Source of the DNA: Candidatus Omnitrophota bacterium
GTDB taxonomy: Bacteria > Omnitrophota > Gorgyraeia > Zapsychrales > Fredricksoniimonadaceae
Assembly: GCA_903901225.1 (NCBI GenBank)
Contig: CAIUQE010000037.1
Location: forward strand, 106,580 to 170,579
Direction of reading: 5' to 3'
DNA: 64,000 nt
In this document: positions 58,220 through 64,000 of the stretch, in pieces
Numbering within the stretch: position 1 is the first letter of the stretch
How the letters are laid out: the number at the start of each line of letters is the position of its first letter
The notes under the pieces: model-generated
Told to the model about the DNA's origin: nothing
Seen by the model: only the letters and a program-made list of their open reading frames with translations
Databases searched by the model: none
Translations under genes and position numbers: made by a program

Positions 58220-59002
58220 TCAATAAAGAAGGCCCTTTAAAGAATCCACAAGCTGATCGACCGATCCCTGCGCCTCGCCTTGCAATATCATACCCTGGGC
58301 CCTGGCCGGGGGCGTGAATATCTTCCAGACCTCGGTCGGCGATCCTTTGAGCCCGATGCGGTCAGCCTCAGCCTCAATATCAACGGCTTTCCATGCCTGG
58401 ATCACCGCGCTTTTGGCTTTCATCTTCCCTTTCAAGGAAGGCAAACGCGGCGTATTGATCTCTTTCACGACCGTGATCAGGCACGGCAACTTGGTCTGGA
58501 CGACCTCATACCCTTCCTCGGTCGAACGCTCGGCCGTGATCTCGCCGTCCTTGACGTCGCTGATCTTGCGGACATACGTGATCTGGGGGATGTCCAGCAT
58601 GGCGGCGATCCCCGGCCCGACCTGGGCGGTGTCACCGTCAATGGCCTGCTTCCCGCAAATGATCACATCGTAATCTTTGATCTTGGCAATAGCCTTGGAA
58701 AGCGTATACCCTGTGGCCAGCGTATCCGACCCGGCGAAAGCACGGTCACTGACAAGAATAGCATCATCGCAACCAAGGGAAATAGCCTCCCGAAGCACTC
58801 CCTCCGCCTGCGGAGGCCCCATGGTAATAGCCGTGACCTTGCCACCGAATTTTTCTTTCAGGCGGACGCCTTCTTCAATGGCATAAGCGTCAAAAGGATT
58901 GATGATCGACTTGACGCCTTCCCTGACAAGGTTCTTGGTGACCGGATCGATCCTGACCTCTGTGGTGTCGGGGACCTGTTTGATGCAGACAATGACGTTC
59001 AT
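58220..59002 (-). CDS. etfB: Electron transfer flavoprotein beta subunit
   Basis: CIKQVPD, INPFD, FAGSDTLAT, GKQAIDGDTAQVG. Confidence 0.95.
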   Translation of the reverse strand: MNVIVCIKQVPDTTEVRIDPVTKNLVREGVKSIINPFDAYAIEEGVRLKEKFGGKVTAITMGPPQAEGVLREAISLGCDDAILVSDRAFAGSDTLATGYTLSKAIAKIKDYDVIICGKQAIDGDTAQVGPGIAAMLDIPQITYVRKISDVKDGEITAERSTEEGYEVVQTKLPCLITVVKEINTPRLPSLKGKMKAKSAVIQAWKAVDIEAEADRIGLKGSPTEVWKIFTPPARAQGMILQGEAQGSVDQLVDSLKGLLY

Positions 59003-60153
59003 CGGGCGGATTCTTTGATCAGGCCCAGGCCAATGATATTGCGCTGGATCTGATTCGTCCCTTCATAAATTTGGGTGATCTTCGCGTCACGCATGAATTT
59101 CTCGACGGGATACTCTTTCATATAACCGTAACCGCCGAATATCTGGACCGCGTCCGTCGTGACCTTCATCGCTATATCGGAAGCAAACAGCTTGGCCATG
59201 GCGGAATGCACGCCGACATGCTTTTTCCCGGCGTCGACTTCCCTGGCCGAGGCATAAACCAGGGCGCGGGAGGCTTCCACTTCCGTGGCCATGTCGGCCA
59301 GCATCCACTGGATGCCCTGGAACGTCGAAATAGACTTGTCGAACTGCTTTCTCTGCTTGGAATACTTGACCGCCTCATCGAGCGCCCCCTGGGCAATGCC
59401 CACGGCCTGCGCGCCGATACCGGGACGGGACATATCGAATGTCTTCATGGCCGCGATAAAGCCCATCCCCTCTTTGCCAAGGAGATTTTCTTTCGGGACC
59501 TTGCAATTGTCAAAAATAAGTTCGCGTGTTGAGGACGCGCGGATACCCAGTTTGTCTTCTTTCTTGCCGAAGCTGAAACCAGGCGTGCCTTTTTCAACGA
59601 CAAAAAGGCTGGCACCCCTCGGGCCCTTGGTCTTGTCGGTCATGGCAATGATCGTATAGATCTCCGCGTCACCGCCGTTGGTGATGAAATGCTTGACCCC
59701 GTTAAGGACATAATGGTCGCCCTGCTTGACAGCCGTGGTCTGAAGCGCGCTGGCGTCCGACCCCGCGGCAGGTTCCGTCAGGCCGAACGCGGCCAGTTTT
59801 TCACCTTTGGCGATCGCGGGAAGATATTTCTGTTTCTGCTCCTCGGTACCGAAAAGGATGATCGGATATGCCCCCAGCGCTGACGCCGAATAACAAATGG
59901 CGATACCCGCGCAACCCTTGGAAAACTCTTCGGTCGCGAGGCAAAGCTCAAATACACCGCCGCCCAAGCCACCGTACTTTTGTTCGATATAAACACCGAA
60001 CAGGTCCGACTGGGCCATGACCTTCATGATCTCCCACGGGAATTTCTCGCTTTTATCATGTTCCGCCGCCACAGGGCGGATCTTTTCGTCGGTTATCTGG
60101 CGGGCCAGATCGCGGATCATCTGCTGTTCTTCGGTAAGTAAATAATCTATCAT
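58999..60153 (-). CDS. Acyl-CoA dehydrogenase (butyryl-CoA dehydrogenase-like)
   Basis: FGLTEPAAGSDA, KHFITNG, QIFGGYGY, IYEGTNQIQR; coupled to etfB. Confidence 0.93.
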   Translation of the reverse strand: MIDYLLTEEQQMIRDLARQITDEKIRPVAAEHDKSEKFPWEIMKVMAQSDLFGVYIEQKYGGLGGGVFELCLATEEFSKGCAGIAICYSASALGAYPIILFGTEEQKQKYLPAIAKGEKLAAFGLTEPAAGSDASALQTTAVKQGDHYVLNGVKHFITNGGDAEIYTIIAMTDKTKGPRGASLFVVEKGTPGFSFGKKEDKLGIRASSTRELIFDNCKVPKENLLGKEGMGFIAAMKTFDMSRPGIGAQAVGIAQGALDEAVKYSKQRKQFDKSISTFQGIQWMLADMATEVEASRALVYASAREVDAGKKHVGVHSAMAKLFASDIAMKVTTDAVQIFGGYGYMKEYPVEKFMRDAKITQIYEGTNQIQRNIIGLGLIKESAR

Positions 60154-60235
60154 TGATCCTCCACTCGATTGACTATTCCCGGGCAACTAAATTCCACCAA
60201 TAATATCACATGTTCTTGAAATGAAAAATATTTTT

Positions 60236-61843
60236 TTAGGTTTTACTCCGGTGCTTCTCGGTGACCCTGAACTGAAGGTCCCTGCCCAGCATGAGGCGCG
60301 TTTGGGCGTCGAGCGCGGGGACCGAACTGAGCAGCAGCACCACAAAAGGGATCGCCAGCCAGTCAAAGACATGGAGGATCATATGCGAACGGCGCTGACG
60401 GATCGTGCTGGTCGATAAAAGCGCGAAGCTGATGGCAATGCAAATGACAAGGCCTATAAGGGAAAGCCCGAAGATCACATCCTTGATCCTGGGCGCCATG
60501 TAATACATGGTCGTTGAGGAGAACTCACGTCCCGCGAAAAGCATGGGCAGCCACGTGATGACGGTCAAAAGATATGACCACGTCGCCCAGGACACGAACA
60601 AGTCGAAGAGCCTGCTGGCGAACATCCACTTCTTATAAACAGAGATCTTCTTCGACCTCAGGAACGCCCGCAGGACGACCGGCAGATTCTCGACCCCCCA
60701 GGCCCAGCGGCGTTTTTGTTTGTAAATATTGACGAACGTGCTGCCAAAGCTCCTGCCTGAGGCGATATCCATGGACACGGTCGTGTAAATAGGGACAACC
60801 GTGTAATCACCATCGTAATGGATAAAAGATTTCCAGAAGATCGCGGAATCATCCGAGATCATGTCAACCGGCCAGTACCCCACCTCCACAAGGGCCTTGA
60901 AACTCATGCTGTGGCTCGAGAAAGTCACAAGTTTCTCGGTATTGGTGGCCTCGACAAGCTGAAAAAAAGAAGCGCCGATATCGAGGATCCTGGCAAAACT
61001 TGGCACATCCCAGAGGTTATTGTAATAGACCGGTATCGGCTGGTAACTCACGCGCAACCTTGCCGGCGTGATCATAAAGTAGTACGTAAGGCACGCGAGA
61101 TACTCCTTGTGCGCCACCGTATCCGCGTCAAAGCAGGAAACGATCACGTTCTCTTCCGCGATGCCCTTCTCCCGCAGGTACCGCGCCGCGTGTTTTGCCG
61201 CCCATGTGGCATTCGCCCCCTTGACCATCGCTTCGCCGGGGATATCCGCGGGATGCTCAACGACGAGAAAATCAAGGAAGGAAGCCGCGTGGAGCTTTTG
61301 GATCGCCTGGACATCCTGTTTCACGGCGTCCGAAGCCCTGGCCTCAAGCGCGATAACAACCAGGACCCGGCGCGAGGGATAATCCCCGCCCGCCAGGCTT
61401 TGGACCCCGGGTTCAAGGATGTTGCGCCCTTCTCTCACGACGGGCAGGATAACAAGGTGATAAAGCTCTTCCGGGGCCGGAGGCCGATGGTCAGGTGCCG
61501 ATACTGACGCGATCTGCCGGCGCCGGAACGGGTCAAGCGCTTTAAGGGCCTCCGGAGGAAGCCCAACCTTCGCGATAAGCCCCATCCAGTCAGTCCCTTT
61601 TTCAAGATGGAGCCGCATATACGAGATCACAAGAAAAATGTTCATGTAAAGCAGGCGAAAGACCCAGAACAGGACAAAGGCGACCATGATCGCGGACGCC
61701 AGAAGGTGATGCGTGATGGAAAGGACCGTCATCCCGACAATGATCGACCAGGACAAAGCGCCGGGAAGCATTTCGAACATCCGCTCGAGACGCCGCTCTT
61801 TGGGGTCAAGTTGATGGCGCGAATATACGAACTGCACGTTCAA
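60236..61843 (-). CDS. Membrane-bound family 2 glycosyltransferase
   Basis: FDAD, ISDDS, QKRRW processive GT2 motifs; N- and C-terminal TM helices. Confidence 0.85.
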   Translation of the reverse strand: MNVQFVYSRHQLDPKERRLERMFEMLPGALSWSIIVGMTVLSITHHLLASAIMVAFVLFWVFRLLYMNIFLVISYMRLHLEKGTDWMGLIAKVGLPPEALKALDPFRRRQIASVSAPDHRPPAPEELYHLVILPVVREGRNILEPGVQSLAGGDYPSRRVLVVIALEARASDAVKQDVQAIQKLHAASFLDFLVVEHPADIPGEAMVKGANATWAAKHAARYLREKGIAEENVIVSCFDADTVAHKEYLACLTYYFMITPARLRVSYQPIPVYYNNLWDVPSFARILDIGASFFQLVEATNTEKLVTFSSHSMSFKALVEVGYWPVDMISDDSAIFWKSFIHYDGDYTVVPIYTTVSMDIASGRSFGSTFVNIYKQKRRWAWGVENLPVVLRAFLRSKKISVYKKWMFASRLFDLFVSWATWSYLLTVITWLPMLFAGREFSSTTMYYMAPRIKDVIFGLSLIGLVICIAISFALLSTSTIRQRRSHMILHVFDWLAIPFVVLLLSSVPALDAQTRLMLGRDLQFRVTEKHRSKT

Positions 61844-63258
61844 TCCCCCTCATTAAGGAATTTCTGGACAAGATTCTCCGGCGGGACCAGTTGTATCCTC
61901 TGGAAACGGCCTCCTTCGTCAAGAAAATACACACAGCCCGTGGCGTTGCTGTAAAAAATAGATGTGCCTTTCTTGATGTTCGCGATGAATTCACTGTGTT
62001 CCTCACCCTGGAGCTCGACCTCGATCAGAAGGATTCGGTCATTATCGTTGCAGACAATATGGGACGCGTCCAGCGCCCAGAAACATTGACGGATATCCTG
62101 CCCTGTCCTGAACACCGTCTTCACGCCGGCCCCGCCTTTGCTCCCCTTCTTCTCATCGCCCGCGTCAAATATGGCAACCGTAGACGCCGTCCAGCTCATA
62201 AATGTCCTGCCATGGTCATAAAATTTTACCCCCAGCACTCCCTTGTCAGTGATGGTGTACGGCGGATGATTGGACAGCAGGCTCCCGTTCTCACCCAGGA
62301 GAAAGACCCTGTTTTCTTCAGGCGCGAGAATACGATAAAAAACTTTTCTTGAAAGGACCCGCGGGTCAAAACGTTCCGGCAGGAGAAAAGGCTCGGCCCT
62401 GGCCTTGTCGCGGGCATACTTGATGAAACGGTCATCTCCGGTCATCAGGTAAACACGGTTATTCTGGAAGCCGCAGCCTTTAACGTCCTCAATGTCCCTG
62501 GGATAAATGGCGGCCATCGCGGTGTTGATCCGGTCGATGGCATCCGGATAGATCGCGAATATCTGGTCAGGCTCAAGCGGGTCCCATTCAATGAGCAGAG
62601 GGTCGCGGGCCAGCAACTTCGTGATATCCGTGATCACTGGCACATCCGCTTTCACATTGACCAACAGATATTTTCTTTCCCATAGCCCCCCGCCGTAAAC
62701 GATGAACGACTTGCTTTCATCCTCGTGGTAGATCGATATGACGGAAAAAGACCGCCACAAAGAACCCGCCCCGACCAGCGGCAAGGCCTTGTCCTCCTTG
62801 ATATTGTACAACTGGAAATTATCGAGCTCTGAAGATCCGGCGACAAGGAGAAGGTCGGTCCCCGGCAGCGGGTAGATCTGTTTATACCCCCCCTCAAGAA
62901 CGGTCTTCGACGACAAATTTCCGGGAAGCAGCAGGACTTTGTCAAACGCCGTCGCCTTGCCGGGCTTGACGGAAACTTTTTGCGACCATGTCCTGTATCC
63001 GGGAAGATCAATGGTGACCCTGTAATCACCCGGATAAAGTTTCTCCAACGTCGCGGGGGTCTTCTGGATAAAACGGCTGCGTTCCAGGTACACTGCCGCG
63101 CCGGGCGGGATAGATGCCAGGTGGATCAATCCCGTGCGCGCCACTTCCCGCGTCAAAGGGTCAAAGATATACCCTGACGCATAGAGCAACAGCCCCGGGC
63201 AAAGGACCAGGTACATCAGTAAAAACGTATAGAAAACGACCCTGCGGAGTATCAGCAT
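61840..63258 (-). CDS. PEGA-domain membrane-anchored protein
   Basis: N-terminal TM; SIPPGAAVYL...TPATL..LYPGDYRVTIDLPGY PEGA signature. Confidence 0.8.
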   Translation of the reverse strand: MLILRRVVFYTFLLMYLVLCPGLLLYASGYIFDPLTREVARTGLIHLASIPPGAAVYLERSRFIQKTPATLEKLYPGDYRVTIDLPGYRTWSQKVSVKPGKATAFDKVLLLPGNLSSKTVLEGGYKQIYPLPGTDLLLVAGSSELDNFQLYNIKEDKALPLVGAGSLWRSFSVISIYHEDESKSFIVYGGGLWERKYLLVNVKADVPVITDITKLLARDPLLIEWDPLEPDQIFAIYPDAIDRINTAMAAIYPRDIEDVKGCGFQNNRVYLMTGDDRFIKYARDKARAEPFLLPERFDPRVLSRKVFYRILAPEENRVFLLGENGSLLSNHPPYTITDKGVLGVKFYDHGRTFMSWTASTVAIFDAGDEKKGSKGGAGVKTVFRTGQDIRQCFWALDASHIVCNDNDRILLIEVELQGEEHSEFIANIKKGTSIFYSNATGCVYFLDEGGRFQRIQLVPPENLVQKFLNEGD

Positions 63259-63572
63259 TGTTTGATCAATTTTTCTTTTGCCTTGCGCGTGAGCGTCTTG
63301 ATGCGCGCCTCTTCCCTGATAGCGAACTTATAATACCGGTAAGGCCTGGAATAGACAAGCGAAGCGGGCCTCCGCGCCCGGACATATTTTGAACCACGCC
63401 CGGCATTGTGAAGCTTGAGGCGCGCTTTCAGGTCTTTGGTATAGCCGGTATAGAACGTCCCGTCAGCACAGCAAAGGATATAAACGACAAATCCCGCCCG
63501 ACGGACGATCTTTTTCCTGCGCCGGACGGCCGCCTTGGAACGTACCTTAACGCGCCGCGACCTTGACGACAT
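63252..63572 (-). CDS. GIY-YIG nuclease family protein (UPF0213-like)
   Basis: VYILCCADGTFYTGYT, RLKLHNAGRGSKY, EARIK; start uncertain. Confidence 0.85.
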   Translation of the reverse strand: MSSRSRRVKVRSKAAVRRRKKIVRRAGFVVYILCCADGTFYTGYTKDLKARLKLHNAGRGSKYVRARRPASLVYSRPYRYYKFAIREEARIKTLTRKAKEKLIKQC

Positions 63573-64000
63573 ACGCATCACCGACCACGTTGAGCTGCTG
63601 GGCAAAAAATCCGTTGCGCTCACAGATGCCCTTGAGTTGTTTCCAGGAATCTTTCTTCAGGATACCGAATGTTTCAGGCTGGCTTTTCAGGAGCTCCAGC
63701 ACCTTGGCCTCCGTGTTCAGGTCCGGGACCGGATGGGGGCTGAAAAAATTCGAGCTGTTGACATTCATCAGCACCACATCTTTTCCCGTATAAAAAAGCA
63801 CCGCCCTGGCAAAGAATTTGGAAGAAAGCACCTTGCCGTTGACCGTCCGTCCGTTCATCAACCAGGCGGCAGCCTCCTTGGTTGAGACATACGGTTCGAT
63901 ATTCTGATGGACCGCGAACAACAGGAAAATAAGCAGCGGCATCTGCAGGCTGAATATTCCCGTCGCCAGACGGGCATTCTTGCGCAGCACAAAGATACCC
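63547..64000 (-). CDS. C-terminal part of a membrane protein (possibly ArnT/PMT-like glycosyltransferase), partial
   Basis: Frame is open to the window edge; a TM segment followed by a soluble domain; family call is tentative. Confidence 0.5.
   Translation of the reverse strand, partial: GIFVLRKNARLATGIFSLQMPLLIFLLFAVHQNIEPYVSTKEAAAWLMNGRTVNGKVLSSKFFARAVLFYTGKDVVLMNVNSSNFFSPHPVPDLNTEAKVLELLKSQPETFGILKKDSWKQLKGICERNGFFAQQLNVVGDAYVVKVAAR

Noticed and set aside
647-63885. Numerous 60-300 aa ORFs antisense to or overlapping recognised genes (e.g. 10097-10993, 21648-22505, 58280-59053)
   Set aside because: These are shadow frames expected from GC-rich codon usage and carry no recognisable motifs.
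1-64000. tRNA, rRNA or riboswitch genes
   Set aside because: I recognised no cloverleaf, rRNA or known riboswitch pattern by eye in the short intergenic regions. An Infernal/Rfam scan would be needed to exclude them fully.

Overview
A gene-dense bacterial chromosomal window, mostly on the minus strand and moderately GC-rich. The gene content resembles an anaerobic PVC-group organism such as Omnitrophota, but that assignment is only an inference. The backbone is housekeeping: uvrA; a long argCJBDFGH-lysA-dapF-dapA-dapB-dapL-folK-panC-nadX run; rplM-rpsI; truA-asd-leuB; fabG-acpP-fabF; folE-folB; ispG/ispH-murB; an nfu-rrf2-sufBCDSU cluster; lhgO; nadA-metX-metW; miaB; tag; acyl-CoA dehydrogenase-etfB-etfA; and glycan-related genes. 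I found no tRNA, rRNA, CRISPR array, integrase or transposase. The most unusual signal is the AT-rich 6.5 kb region directly upstream of miaB (about 47.5-54.0 kb). It is divided by four orphan copies of the miaB 5' end (MKRVYLQTFC*, MNKVYLQTFGC, MKHVYLQTFG*RM, MTSNSKKVALLTFGCRM). All four break off at the FGCQM codons, and two are followed by the same 31-bp arm. This looks like an integrase-free tandem cassette array built by repeated insertion into the miaB start, each insert supplying a replacement 5' end. Two other gene-end duplications occur. A 244-bp copy of the 3' end of a HisJ-type PHP gene separates two toxin-antitoxin modules. An 11-bp duplication of the sufU start flanks a nested REP-like palindrome.
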